DNA of 64,000 bases, taken from IMG/VR virus record IMGVR_UViG_3300034523_000174, positions 1 through 64,000 of that record; one strand, given 5' to 3'. Origin of the DNA: a virus. The position numbers were made by a program, and so were the translations under genes. Below are positions 53,485 to 63,011 of the stretch, one piece after another (position 1 is the stretch's first letter; the number at the start of each line of letters is the position of its first letter). The notes under the pieces were generated by a model, which made no database searches, was not told the origin of the DNA, and saw nothing but the letters and a program-made list of their open reading frames with translations.

Positions 53485-53889
53485 ATGAAAATCAGCCAAT
53501 TAGTTGACCAGTACCTTGCTGAGCTACCGATTGGCTGTGTGCTGACGGAAGAGCAAATAGCCCGCCATCTGCGCGATGCAGTGCGCCAGTATTGCGGGTA
53601 TGCCCGTCTGACCAGCGCTCAGTCACTAGACACTGTGCACAGCGACCTCTATACGCCCGAAGACGTGCCGGCGCCGGTAGACGTTGATCTGACGCACAGT
53701 GAGCTGGCGATCATCCGCCCCTTATGGCTGCTCTACATCGAGCACGAAAACGCCATGGCCCTGGAAGCCTCCAGAAGCCAGGGCGCGGATCCTTATGGCC
53801 GGTCTACGCCCGAGGTCAAGCAATCAATCCTCGACTATGAGCGCAGCCTTCCACAACTGACATTTGTGTTTGAAGTGAGGTCGATTTAA
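53485..53889 (+). CDS. head-tail adaptor-like protein
   Basis: A...YCGY...I.PL..LY.E.ENA..LEASR; late operon. Confidence 0.5.
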   Translation: MKISQLVDQYLAELPIGCVLTEEQIARHLRDAVRQYCGYARLTSAQSLDTVHSDLYTPEDVPAPVDVDLTHSELAIIRPLWLLYIEHENAMALEASRSQGADPYGRSTPEVKQSILDYERSLPQLTFVFEVRSI

Positions 53890-54602
53890 TGGCCAACATC
53901 TTCGAGCGGCTGGCCTATCAAGGCGTGGAAAAGGCGGCGGGCAGCGTCCAAAAAGGGCTGCCTAACGCAGTCCTAAAATACACCAGCGCCGCCCGCAACC
54001 TGCTCGGCGGCAATTTGAGTGGCGCAGCCAACGGGGTTCTGGATAACGTCTTTGGTCGTACCAGCATGTTTTCCGCCGGCGGCAACGTCATTTTGGCGGG
54101 GCAGTCCTGGAACAGCATTCTGGAGAGTTTCGAAGAGGCGTCGAGCGTTCTTCGTGAGCGCACGAACCTGTGGCATGTCGCTGTCGATCCGGTGGGCAAA
54201 ATCAGCGCGCCGCGCATCAACCTGCTTTCCACCGAAGTCTCCTATAACAGCGTCCAGCTGGGCTACGAGCCGGTAAAGATCGGCTCAGGGTTTACGCAAG
54301 CCCCCACTGGCGCCGATCCGGTAGAGCTGCGAATCGTCTGCTACGACGTGGATGGCGAGATAAAAGCGTGGTTCGACCAGCTTAAGGCTACCGCCACGCC
54401 TCGGGATGGCTCCTTTGCCGTGCCATCGGACTACGCCAACACCATCACCGTCACCCACGGCTCAATCGAAGAGAGCCGCGGCTACTCCGCAAAGTGGGTA
54501 ATGGTCCCCGTGTCCTGCGAGGTCAGCCTGTCACGCAGCACTGACGAGTTCACCGCGCTCAATCTCACATTCACGCAGCACGATTCCTTTGGTGCCCTAT
54601 GA
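53889..54602 (+). CDS. tube-like baseplate protein
   Basis: Tube-fold-like C-terminal half; coupled start. Confidence 0.55.
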   Translation: MANIFERLAYQGVEKAAGSVQKGLPNAVLKYTSAARNLLGGNLSGAANGVLDNVFGRTSMFSAGGNVILAGQSWNSILESFEEASSVLRERTNLWHVAVDPVGKISAPRINLLSTEVSYNSVQLGYEPVKIGSGFTQAPTGADPVELRIVCYDVDGEIKAWFDQLKATATPRDGSFAVPSDYANTITVTHGSIEESRGYSAKWVMVPVSCEVSLSRSTDEFTALNLTFTQHDSFGAL

Positions 54603-55369
54603 AGTACATCAACCCGATCAACACTCGCCGTATTTCCGTGGAAATGAGCGAACTGCTCATTGAGGACGTGGAAAAGCTGTGTGAGATACCCGCGATTTAT
54701 GAGCAGCGCACAGTGAGCGAGCTGCTACGTCGAATCTGCAAGCCGATAGATCGCCCTGGTGCGGTAGCGGATCCGCGCTTTTGGTCAGTTAACGAGCGCA
54801 TTTTTGTGGTGGCCAGCTACATGGCTGCTACCCGCGATGATGGCCCGGACTTCCCTGTGGGCGAGAAAGGTAGCGGAGCCCACTTTAGCGACTACCTGCT
54901 GGCCAACACGGACTATGCCAGTGATATCCCGTTCAGCTTTGAAGGTGAGGCGCTGCTATTCAGTCCGTTGCTGGGCTACCAGGCTGAAATTATCGAGGCG
55001 CTGATTGCTGGCGGCACCTACAAGCCCACTGATTTCAGTTGGTGGTGTGGCGCCATGGCTGCGTGTGTACGCGGGGCAAACGATGATCCGTTGGAGTACA
55101 CCGACGACGCCAGCTATGAAACGGCCTTGGTGGGGCGTATCGCGGCTATTCGCCAAATGCCAGAGGCCAAGTTTGTCGGGCTATTCCATGCCTATCTGGA
55201 CGCCACTCAGATGGGTGCGCACCTGGTGCATGCGATTACCAGTTCCCATGGCGTAATTGCCGCCCCTGTCTCCGAGCCGAAAGAAGGAGGGCCAGAGTTA
55301 GCACCTGCCCGATTTCCTGCCCATACCTGTATCAGCTTCGGGGCGCGTCGAGCTATGGGATTCGTATAA
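54599..55369 (+). CDS. tail morphogenesis/assembly chaperone-like protein (PmgB-like)
   Basis: DPR.WSV.ER...Y......PDF; ATGA coupling. Confidence 0.55.
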   Translation: MKYINPINTRRISVEMSELLIEDVEKLCEIPAIYEQRTVSELLRRICKPIDRPGAVADPRFWSVNERIFVVASYMAATRDDGPDFPVGEKGSGAHFSDYLLANTDYASDIPFSFEGEALLFSPLLGYQAEIIEALIAGGTYKPTDFSWWCGAMAACVRGANDDPLEYTDDASYETALVGRIAAIRQMPEAKFVGLFHAYLDATQMGAHLVHAITSSHGVIAAPVSEPKEGGPELAPARFPAHTCISFGARRAMGFV

Positions 55370-55595
55370 CGCGGTACGTGCAGAGCTCGCGCTGTACTTC
55401 GGCCAAGACCTGGTGCAGTGCGGAAAGCTGACCGATACCCGCGTGCGAAAGCTGTTCGACAGTAAGCCTTTCAGCAACTGGAAGACTGGCCGCGAGAACG
55501 AGAACAAAGTCGTCAAGGCTGAGCTTGAGCGCCTGGACGCCATCATCAAGTCACTGGGCAACGTGGCGCAGATCATCGCCAAAAGAGGCGTCTGA
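55302..55595 (+). CDS. overlapping +1-frame ORF, possible frameshift extension of 54599..55369
   Basis: Frame is open 55302-55595 with no RBS-supported ATG; protein-like sequence. Confidence 0.5.
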   Translation, partial: HLPDFLPIPVSASGRVELWDSYNAVRAELALYFGQDLVQCGKLTDTRVRKLFDSKPFSNWKTGRENENKVVKAELERLDAIIKSLGNVAQIIAKRGV

Positions 55596-55600
55596 AACGC

Positions 55601-55641
55601 GCAAACCAGCCACGGAAGGCTGGCACAAAGCCATAGACAAT
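55601..55641 (+). promoter_or_regulatory. putative late promoter (GCAAACC-N28-GACAAT)
   Basis: Motif plus hairpin CCAGCC/GGCTGG; upstream of the lysis genes. Confidence 0.65.
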
Positions 55642-55676
55642 ATCGGTAAATCACCATGCGTAGATGGGACAACGAT

Positions 55677-55982
55677 ATGGCCGCTGACGTGCAGCGCTTT
55701 ATGGATACACCGCTGGCCAAGCTGACCCTTGGCATCGCCCAAGCGGCCGGGGCAGCCCTGCTTATTGGCCTTGCGAGCAGCATCACCACCAAACTCGACA
55801 ACATCCAGAACACCGTCAATCAGGGCACCCAAAACATGGCCCTGGTGCAGCGTGATGTTCGATTGCTGGAGACGACGACCACCGAACTGCGCACCGAGCA
55901 AGCACAGGGTGAAAAGCGCACCGCGCGCCTGGAATTCAAGGTGGAACAACTGGAAAAGGAGCGCGCCAATGACCGCAAGTAA
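55677..55982 (+). CDS. lysis-cassette membrane protein (TM + coiled coil; holin/antiholin-like)
   Basis: One TM helix then coiled coil; precedes the endolysin. Confidence 0.6.
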   Translation: MAADVQRFMDTPLAKLTLGIAQAAGAALLIGLASSITTKLDNIQNTVNQGTQNMALVQRDVRLLETTTTELRTEQAQGEKRTARLEFKVEQLEKERANDRK

Positions 55983-56226
55983 GGCCAGGAAGCCGAAAGC
56001 ACCCAAGACCTGGCGCCAGAAGCTCCAACCCTATAACACCGGGTTTATCGCCCTCGGCCTGTTCACTGACGCACTGGTGACGATCCTCACCGTGTACGGA
56101 GAAACCCCACCATTTGACCCCGTTATCTACGGGATGCTTTCCGCCACAGTGAAGGCCGCCAACGTGTCGATTCACTATGTAATCAAGAGCATCAGGGAAG
56201 AGGACAACACCGATGTTGCAGCCTAA
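55969..56226 (+). CDS. putative holin
   Basis: Basic N-terminus, two hydrophobic segments; AAGGAG RBS. Confidence 0.6.
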   Translation: MTASKARKPKAPKTWRQKLQPYNTGFIALGLFTDALVTILTVYGETPPFDPVIYGMLSATVKAANVSIHYVIKSIREEDNTDVAA

Positions 56227-56656
56227 CCAAACGCTGGCTTCCGAGGCAGATATTGCCGTGTTGGCCAGAACACTATGGGGCGAGGCCCGAGGCGAAAGCT
56301 CTGCCGGTATGGAAGCCGTGGGCTGGACCATCCGCAACCGGGTATTCGATGGGCGAAAAAACTCTTGGTGGGGTGAAGGCTATGCCGGCGTCTGCCAAAA
56401 ACCGTGGCAGTTCAGCTGCTGGAACGCCAACGATCCCAACTCGCCATACCTCAAGGGCGCCAAGTCGATCCCGGCGGGCGAGTACAAAAAGGCGCTGGCG
56501 GCTGCTATGGCTGTGGTGAACGGTTCGGTACCGGATCCCACCAACGGCGCGACCCATTACTACGCGACCACCATGCCCAAGCCACCGGCCTGGGTCAAAG
56601 GAGCCAAGCAAACACTGAAGCTTGGCGGACACATCTTTTTCAAGGACGTACCATGA
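56213..56656 (+). CDS. endolysin, SleB/Hydrolase_2 cell wall hydrolase
   Basis: LARTLWGEARGE...NRV...QFSCWN...DPTNGATHYY...GGHIFF. Confidence 0.92.
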   Translation: MLQPNQTLASEADIAVLARTLWGEARGESSAGMEAVGWTIRNRVFDGRKNSWWGEGYAGVCQKPWQFSCWNANDPNSPYLKGAKSIPAGEYKKALAAAMAVVNGSVPDPTNGATHYYATTMPKPPAWVKGAKQTLKLGGHIFFKDVP

Positions 56657-57090
56657 AACGATTGATTATTGCCTGTCTGTTCCTGTCAGTTTTTACGGCT
56701 TTCACGGCCTGTTCAGGCGTCAAAACGGTGGTATCCACGGTAGGTGGTGCGGTGTACAACGTCGCCGGCGATGCAGTGCATGCCTACTGCTCTCTTTCCG
56801 AAGCGCAACGCGAAGTCGCGCAACTGGTGGTCGCGGGTAAGACGTACAACTCAGGGGTGTGTAACGTCGTCAATGGCGATAAATCCATTGGCACCGTGCT
56901 GGCGGCGGTTCCTCCCGACCAGGCGCCGGCCGTACTCGACGCAGCGATTCAAAATGCCGTGGATAATGGCGAACTGAGCGCCGATAAGGCGGCAAAAATC
57001 AAGGCGATGCCAGCCGATACTAGCGCCACGAAACCGCCGGAGAAACCGGCCTGTGCGGTTCCTGCCGAGGGAGCGCGTATCTATGGCTAA
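56653..57090 (+). CDS. lipoprotein (spanin-like position)
   Basis: Signal peptide with lipobox FTAC. Confidence 0.7.
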   Translation: MKRLIIACLFLSVFTAFTACSGVKTVVSTVGGAVYNVAGDAVHAYCSLSEAQREVAQLVVAGKTYNSGVCNVVNGDKSIGTVLAAVPPDQAPAVLDAAIQNAVDNGELSADKAAKIKAMPADTSATKPPEKPACAVPAEGARIYG

Positions 57091-57595
57091 GCCGGGATTT
57101 GACCTGATCCCGCGCTTTCGCCCATTTCGCTCAGTGGGCGCCAACAACCTGTGGACCTTGCTGGACACCTTCCGCTACACCGCTGTAGACGGTCGGATCT
57201 ATGAGGCGCCACGGGGCATGTTGACGGAGTTGGCCAGCATTCCAGTGGTGGCTGGCTGGGCTTTCGACAAAGTTGATCATCGTCTGCCAGGTGCTATGCA
57301 TGATGCCCAATACCTGATCAGCACCATTACCGGCGCGAAGCGCCACGATCTGGACCGCCTGTTTGCTGAAATGTGCGGGGTTATGGGTGGCACAGAGATA
57401 CAGCAGGGACTGTTGCATGCGGGCCTGGATGTCGGCGGCGGGGCAAGCTGGGACAAGTGCCAGAAGGCCGGGGTGACATGGGCGGATTTTGACGTGGCAA
57501 TTCTCACCGATAGCGAGATTGCGGATTACCGCGCCCGATTCAATATTGCCGATATTCAGCACGTAGCCGAATGCCGGCCGCAACAATCGGCGTAA
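57083..57595 (+). CDS. DUF1353-like protein
   Basis: P.G..T.LASIP...HD..Y....R...D.LF.E. Confidence 0.7.
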   Translation: MAKPGFDLIPRFRPFRSVGANNLWTLLDTFRYTAVDGRIYEAPRGMLTELASIPVVAGWAFDKVDHRLPGAMHDAQYLISTITGAKRHDLDRLFAEMCGVMGGTEIQQGLLHAGLDVGGGASWDKCQKAGVTWADFDVAILTDSEIADYRARFNIADIQHVAECRPQQSA

Positions 57596-57660
57596 TTGGG
57601 CTCGCCCATGGGGTGATGTAACAGACAGGGGCAGCGCGCATATTCGCGTCTGCCCTTTTT

Positions 57661-58884
57661 TTATGCGTGCGCGCTGAGCATTTCTTTCGTCGATTTTGTC
57701 GAGGGTGCGGCACGCGACTCAATTTGACGTGGCGCTGTGCTGCGCTCCATCACGTACTTGGCCCAGCGCTCCATCAGTGGCCGGCGGCGCTCCAGCAGGT
57801 TGCCCCGGTTGTAGGCTCGCGTGGTCGCGTTGCCAACCGAATGCGACAGAGCTACCTCGCACAAGTCCGATGGGAACTTGGTTTTCTCGGCCGCCCACAT
57901 GCGAAACGTCGCCCGAAATCCATGTGGTGTGCAGCTTTCACCGTAGCGGATCAGTACACGGCGCATGGCGTTGTTCGGCATGATCGCCGCCAGGGTGCGG
58001 TTCGGGAAAATCAAATTACTCTTGCCACGGGTGTGCACGTCCTTGAGCACGGCCATGGCTGCATCGCTCAGCGGAATCTGGTGCGGCAGGCGGTTTTTCA
58101 TGCGCTCGGCCGGAATGTTCCACGTTTTGGTTTCAAAATCGATTTCGTCCCAAGTAGCGCCCATGGCCTCGCCACTGCGACAAGCTGTCAATATTACGAA
58201 TTGTAGGCAGCGCGCAGCACGGGTTACATCACCCTCCAATTTCTCCATAAAGGATGGGAGGCGCGAGTACGGCATGGATTCCAGGTGAGTGGTTTCCGGG
58301 ATCGACCGCGACAGAATGTTTTGCAGGTGTCCACGCCAGCGCGCCGGGTTATCACCGGAACGGTTGCCCCGCGTTTTAGCGAAGTCGAGAATCAGCTCGA
58401 TGCGGTTACGCACGCGCCGGGCCGATTCTGGCAATTCACGCCAAATAGGCTCAAGGACCGACATCACCGCGTCAGTGTCGATATCGCTCACTGGCAAGTG
58501 GCCAATTTTCGGGAATACGTGGTCGCGCAGCGAGGAAAACCACTGTGCGGCGTGCTTATCTGACCAGTCGTGTTTGTAGCGCTCAATACGTGCAAGCGCT
58601 TCGTCTTCAAAGGTAATGACCTGTTTGGCTTGTTGAAGCTTTTCGGCCAGCGGATCAATGCCGTTATGGATCTGTATGCGCAATTGCAGGCACGCGGCCC
58701 GAGCATCCGCCAGCGACACAAGCGGGAACGAGCCCAGCCCCATGTCGTGGCGTTTGCCGTTGAGCTGGTATCGGAAGATCCAGGATTTTGCGCCCGTTTT
58801 GGTGACGCGCAGGGCTAAGCCATGCTTGTCCGAGTACGTCTGCGGGATCGTTATGTTTTGGATCACTTTTTGCGTGAGAGCCAT
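57661..58884 (-). CDS. tyrosine integrase, P4-like with arm-binding domain
   Basis: GL.LRV...G.KSW.FRY; TACRSGE; HGFR; LSH...AYNR catalytic residues intact. Confidence 0.95.
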   Translation of the reverse strand: MALTQKVIQNITIPQTYSDKHGLALRVTKTGAKSWIFRYQLNGKRHDMGLGSFPLVSLADARAACLQLRIQIHNGIDPLAEKLQQAKQVITFEDEALARIERYKHDWSDKHAAQWFSSLRDHVFPKIGHLPVSDIDTDAVMSVLEPIWRELPESARRVRNRIELILDFAKTRGNRSGDNPARWRGHLQNILSRSIPETTHLESMPYSRLPSFMEKLEGDVTRAARCLQFVILTACRSGEAMGATWDEIDFETKTWNIPAERMKNRLPHQIPLSDAAMAVLKDVHTRGKSNLIFPNRTLAAIMPNNAMRRVLIRYGESCTPHGFRATFRMWAAEKTKFPSDLCEVALSHSVGNATTRAYNRGNLLERRRPLMERWAKYVMERSTAPRQIESRAAPSTKSTKEMLSAHA

Positions 58885-59199
58885 GTGAGTACCTTTTATG
58901 CGCGATTTGTTGGCTAAAGCGTTCCGATATCCATTTCGTGAGTGAAATTAGCGTTGGTGCGAATAGACAGATTTTTAATTTAGTGGGTTCAGAGACAGCC
59001 GTTCTCTCAGATAGTGCTGAAAGTACGGGGGATATGGTATCCCCGTTCCGCCGCCGGTAAACCCCAACAACGAAAGGCTTTTGACATAAATCGCAAGGCG
59101 TGATCCCACACTTGCCCCCACATCAAACCGTAGAAGGTTTGCCGGTGGGGGCTGGGGCTTTGTAGAGGGGGGGTGTAACGTTTCCGACGAGTGGTCAGA
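58885..59199. other. candidate attP region
   Basis: Non-coding DNA upstream of the integrase; paired CCCACA repeats at about 59105-59121; core site not identified. Confidence 0.35.
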
Positions 59200-59544
59200 T
59201 CAGAAGGGCGATTTTTCGCTGTTTTTACTGCGTAAATACGTTAGGTAGGCGTCTGCACTGCCAAATATTTCAATCATGCGTTCGGCATGGCGCTGTTCTG
59301 AGGTCATTCGTCGGTCGGCGCGCTCGATTTGCAACTGAGTTTGATGACTTCCCAAGCGCTCAATCCCTCGCCCGACTTCGACCGGAAAAAGGTAGCCCAC
59401 GGACACGCTCAAAACCATGATCACCAACCCAATGCCGACCCGTACACGCTTGGCAATTCGCGGGATTGGGTGGAGTGCCGGGTGCATGGCGCGGTATACG
59501 AACATCAGCGCCAGACATAGGACTGCTGTGGCAATTGACAGCAT
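59200..59544 (-). CDS. membrane protein
   Basis: Two TM segments. Confidence 0.65.
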   Translation of the reverse strand: MLSIATAVLCLALMFVYRAMHPALHPIPRIAKRVRVGIGLVIMVLSVSVGYLFPVEVGRGIERLGSHQTQLQIERADRRMTSEQRHAERMIEIFGSADAYLTYLRSKNSEKSPF

Positions 59545-59548
59545 GCGT

Positions 59549-60052
59549 TTACCCCTTGAATTCAAATTGAATGAGCCAGCACCAGGGGTTAGATTCCGCC
59601 GGGGTACCGGGTAGGCTGCGCGCCCAATATTTATGAAACTCGACCTTGGTTGAATATCCGCACGCCAGCAAATCATGCTTTCCAAGATCGTCAAAGCGGG
59701 CGATATCCAGGTGCTTGACGCGGGCAATGCCGAACCGCGCGAGCTTTTGCGGGGGTAGCTCTTGCAGCAGTTCGAAGGCGTTCCCCTGTTGAATCGGGGC
59801 GATGTCTCGCCCTATCAGGCCGATCCGGAAGGCCAGGCGAACGGCCCGCATTAAGGCTGGCGCATCGTCGATACTCAGACCTACAGCGGCCAGCTCCTGG
59901 TGGTTGATCACTGGCTGCGGATCAAATGGCACAATGACCATGCGCACGGCGCCGCTTTGCACTTTGGCGCTGATTTCAGGCGTAAAAGCCATTTTCCTTA
60001 ACGAAAAGTCGGAGTTTCCGTCATTGGCGCGGGATAGGGCGACATCATTCAT
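59549..60052 (-). CDS. ASCH/PUA-like protein
   Basis: F.......V.SG...F..YW......NPWCW.I.F. Confidence 0.6.
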   Translation of the reverse strand: MNDVALSRANDGNSDFSLRKMAFTPEISAKVQSGAVRMVIVPFDPQPVINHQELAAVGLSIDDAPALMRAVRLAFRIGLIGRDIAPIQQGNAFELLQELPPQKLARFGIARVKHLDIARFDDLGKHDLLACGYSTKVEFHKYWARSLPGTPAESNPWCWLIQFEFKG

Positions 60053-60476
60053 TAGGTGTCGCTACCGGTACCGCTTCGCGCCAAGCCACCATGCTCAGGT
60101 TGGGACATAGTTCGCTAAGTCGTTGGCCGTGCCAGTGCAATTCTGCGAGCCCTTTGCCCGCGCATGCGACAGCCAGCAACACGCTACCATCATCAAGCCT
60201 TACGTCTATGAGGCAAGGCGCCACGGGCAACTCATCGTGCTCCCAGCTATTGGCATCTTTGGTCAGACGGTCCACAGCTTCAACAACCTGGCTAACTTCG
60301 AAGCCTTGTCGGGTATTCAGGCCGACGGATGAGGCGATTAGCAGGATTCCCGTCTGCCAGCGATCTTTTCGTACCGGCTTATCATCACCGGGGCGCAGCT
60401 CATAATCCTCAAGCTTCGCGGTGCGGAATTCAGGAAGGCGAAAATCAGCCTCGGTTACTACTCGTTTGTGGTTCAT
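60045..60476 (-). CDS. hypothetical protein
   Basis: DFR.PEF....EDYE.R....VRKDRW motif; start uncertain. Confidence 0.65.
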   Translation of the reverse strand: MNHKRVVTEADFRLPEFRTAKLEDYELRPGDDKPVRKDRWQTGILLIASSVGLNTRQGFEVSQVVEAVDRLTKDANSWEHDELPVAPCLIDVRLDDGSVLLAVACAGKGLAELHWHGQRLSELCPNLSMVAWREAVPVATPNE

Positions 60477-60489
60477 ATATGCCCCCGGC

Positions 60490-60753
60490 TTACCGGCATT
60501 CAATGCTGAAAGTGACACGATCCGGCACGCGGCCAGTGGTTTCGAGGTAGGAGCCCTCGGCTTCGTCCATGGCCCGGTGCACGCCTTGTATGGCCTCTTC
60601 GTAGGTCAGTGGCCGACCCTTTTGGGAGTTCCATTTGACCTCTGTAGCATCACCGGTCTTGCCCACTGCCGTGACCATGCCCCACCAGGTGGTGCTTTTC
60701 CTCGGGCGGTTGCCGAAAGTGGCCGTGGTGTGGCCGTTGAATATGGCTTTCAT
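60490..60753 (-). CDS. hypothetical protein
   Basis: AAGGGA RBS. Confidence 0.6.
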   Translation of the reverse strand: MKAIFNGHTTATFGNRPRKSTTWWGMVTAVGKTGDATEVKWNSQKGRPLTYEEAIQGVHRAMDEAEGSYLETTGRVPDRVTFSIECR

Positions 60754-60825
60754 CGGATAGTCCCTTGCATAACTGGCGCCCATGCGTAGAATCCGGGCGA
60801 CTTATCTCTGGCGATTTAAGTGGGG

Positions 60826-60864
60826 AAAAACCGCGCAGCCGTAACAGGCCGCGCGGTTTTTTTT
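60826..60864. terminator. bidirectional terminator-like hairpin
   Basis: AAAAACCGCGC...GCGCGGTTTTT. Confidence 0.7.
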
Positions 60865-60878
60865 CGTCTTGAGTTTGG

Positions 60879-61799
60879 TCAGATGCCTTGTGGCACTTCT
60901 TCGCCGCCCAAGGCTTCCACCAGGGCGCCAAAGAACGCATTGAGCGTCAGCATCATCAGCACGAAGCTGGACGCGAACTGTCCATCTGCATCGTCACCGC
61001 CATCCGCATCGGCCTGATCCTTCAAAATGCTTTCAAAGCGCAGGCGGCGAATGACCATCTTGTCGTCGAGCACAAAAGACAATTTGTCGGCGTAGGCAAG
61101 CGCCAGCTGGGTGACGACCTTCCCGGTACTGAGGTGCAGCTTGATTTCGTCGCTGGTCAGATCCTGGCCGCGTGCCGTGATGGTGCCGCCGTCTTCATGG
61201 GTGTCGCGCAGCAGGGCGCTGTCGAGAACGTAGATGTCAGTCGGAGCTTCCTCGGTTTTTACCCACTCCGTCATGCTGGCTGCCGGGCTGACTTTGACCG
61301 TTAGCGGGCGTACAGGCAGCGTGCCGATCACTTCACGCAAGGTCGACAGCAAGTCCTCGGCGGTGTTGGCGCTGGACGTGTTGACCAGAATCAGGCCGGC
61401 TTTTAGGTCAATCGCTGCTAGGGTGTGGGAGTTGCGCACGAAGGCATGCGGCATCAGTGCCTGGATGATTTCATCCTTGAGCTGGTCGCGTTCCTTCTTG
61501 TAGACCTTTCGTTGCTGTTCGAACTCGATGGCTTCGACCTTCTTCACCACCGCTTCACGAATCACTGTCGCCGGGAGCTGGCGCGTAGCCTTGCGGGTGG
61601 CGATCAGAATGTAGCCGTTACGCTCGTACACCAGTGGCGACTCTTCACCCTTGCCATAGGGGGCAATGAAGCCGTAGGTGCTCAGCTCTTGCGTGCCAGG
61701 TTCGCGGGCGGGCTTGGTAGCCAGCGCCGTTTGCAGCCCTTCGGCGTCGACTGTCAGGGGTTGAGTCAGGCGGTAGGCCAGCAGATTCTTGAAAAACAT
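60879..61799 (-). CDS. rdgC: recombination-associated protein RdgC
   Basis: MFFKNL.YRL...LLP..V...[11 protein letters not shown]...LP.AF...L...LGGE; P1 carries the homolog hrdC. Confidence 0.95.
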   Translation of the reverse strand: MFFKNLLAYRLTQPLTVDAEGLQTALATKPAREPGTQELSTYGFIAPYGKGEESPLVYERNGYILIATRKATRQLPATVIREAVVKKVEAIEFEQQRKVYKKERDQLKDEIIQALMPHAFVRNSHTLAAIDLKAGLILVNTSSANTAEDLLSTLREVIGTLPVRPLTVKVSPAASMTEWVKTEEAPTDIYVLDSALLRDTHEDGGTITARGQDLTSDEIKLHLSTGKVVTQLALAYADKLSFVLDDKMVIRRLRFESILKDQADADGGDDADGQFASSFVLMMLTLNAFFGALVEALGGEEVPQGI

Positions 61800-61849
61800 G
61801 GGTGTCCTTAGCGGTGTAGGAAGGGGCGGACCGAGTGGTCCGCGCAGGG

Positions 61850-62365
61850 TTAAGCGCCAGCCAGGTAGGGCAGGGGCCGGAATGGGATGTCATCGTCTTG
61901 GAGCGGATCTTTATCAGGGCCATGGCCGCCCTGCTGATTCTGTTGCGGGCGTGGTGCCGGCTGGCGTGCGGCTTGGTTCTGATTTGGGCGCTGCTGTTGC
62001 TGGCCTTGCTGGTCGCCTTGTGGTCGGCCGCCGAGTAGCTGCATGGCGCCCTGCATGTCGACGACGATTTCAGTGGTGTAGCGCTTGATGCCGTCCTTTT
62101 CCCATTCACGGGTTTGCAGCTTGCCCTCGATATAGACCTGAGAGCCCTTGCGCAGATACTCGCCCGCGATTTCCGCGACCTTGCCGAACATGCTTACCCG
62201 GTGCCATTCGGTCTTCTCGACCTTCTGGCCGGTTTGCTTGTCGGTCCATTGCTCGCTGGTGGCCAGACTGAGGTTTGTTACTGCATTGCCGTTGGGCAAA
62301 TAGCGCGTTTCGGGATCCTGGCCGCATGTACCGACCAAAATCACTTTGTTGATCCCGCGAGCCAT
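61850..62365 (-). CDS. ssb: single-stranded DNA-binding protein
   Basis: [12 protein letters not shown]...TEWHRV...DDDIPF; Pseudomonas-type sequence. Confidence 0.97.
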   Translation of the reverse strand: MARGINKVILVGTCGQDPETRYLPNGNAVTNLSLATSEQWTDKQTGQKVEKTEWHRVSMFGKVAEIAGEYLRKGSQVYIEGKLQTREWEKDGIKRYTTEIVVDMQGAMQLLGGRPQGDQQGQQQQRPNQNQAARQPAPRPQQNQQGGHGPDKDPLQDDDIPFRPLPYLAGA

Positions 62366-62384
62366 AAAAGACCCCTCCTAAACT

Positions 62385-62396
62385 ATCCCTATACAT
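62385..62396 (-). promoter_or_regulatory. operator ATGTATAGGGAT upstream of ssb
   Basis: Exact reverse-complement copy. Confidence 0.6.
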
Positions 62397-62519
62397 GGTT
62401 CGGGCGCAAAACCCGTGTTCGGCGCATAAGATAATGCCTTCTCAAGATTTAAAACAGCGCTTTTATGTCCGCATAGTTTAGTATCAGGTCATACGAACTG
62501 AATCAGGGCTGTAGCGACA

Positions 62520-63011
62520 ATGAATTTGGAAGTGTTTGAGGGGGCAGTGACGGACGAAGAGGCCGTACAAGCCAGTTACCTGGAGCGTCAGCGGCGATTT
62601 TACCTATACGTCGACCTTAAGGCCGATGGTGTGCGCCTGGACTTGTTCCGGCACTTGCCAGAAAAGGAGCTGCACATTCTGTCGAATCAGGTGAGTGTGG
62701 CGTGCAGGGGCCGGACGGGCATCACCGAAAAGCTGGCAAGGCGCTTGGAGTACGTGATTGGGCTGCCTTTTGGCTTCTTTGACCATCCGTTGCCGGAGAG
62801 TGAATTGCGGGCGTCGGTGGCACGCGGTACCCGGCTGGTGCGCAAGCTGGCTAAGTACGACCTTGATCCGGAATGGGCAGGGCGCAGCAAGAAGAAGATC
62901 GCTCAGATTATGGAGGCGCCCACCGGTCAGCGAGGGGTGTCGAAAGCCCTGTATTTGCAAGTGGTTGCAGCACTTCGGCCAAAAAAGACGAGTGAGGGGA
63001 TGGATGTATAG
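62520..63011 (+). CDS. repressor-like HTH protein
   Basis: QVS......ITEKLARRLE..IGLP.GFFD, typical of phage CI N-terminal domains. Confidence 0.65.
   Translation: MNLEVFEGAVTDEEAVQASYLERQRRFYLYVDLKADGVRLDLFRHLPEKELHILSNQVSVACRGRTGITEKLARRLEYVIGLPFGFFDHPLPESELRASVARGTRLVRKLAKYDLDPEWAGRSKKKIAQIMEAPTGQRGVSKALYLQVVAALRPKKTSEGMDV

Noticed and set aside
58980-59060. tRNA or tmRNA fragment as att core next to the integrase
   Set aside because: No GTTCRA-type T-loop with acceptor stem or CCA could be built on either strand.
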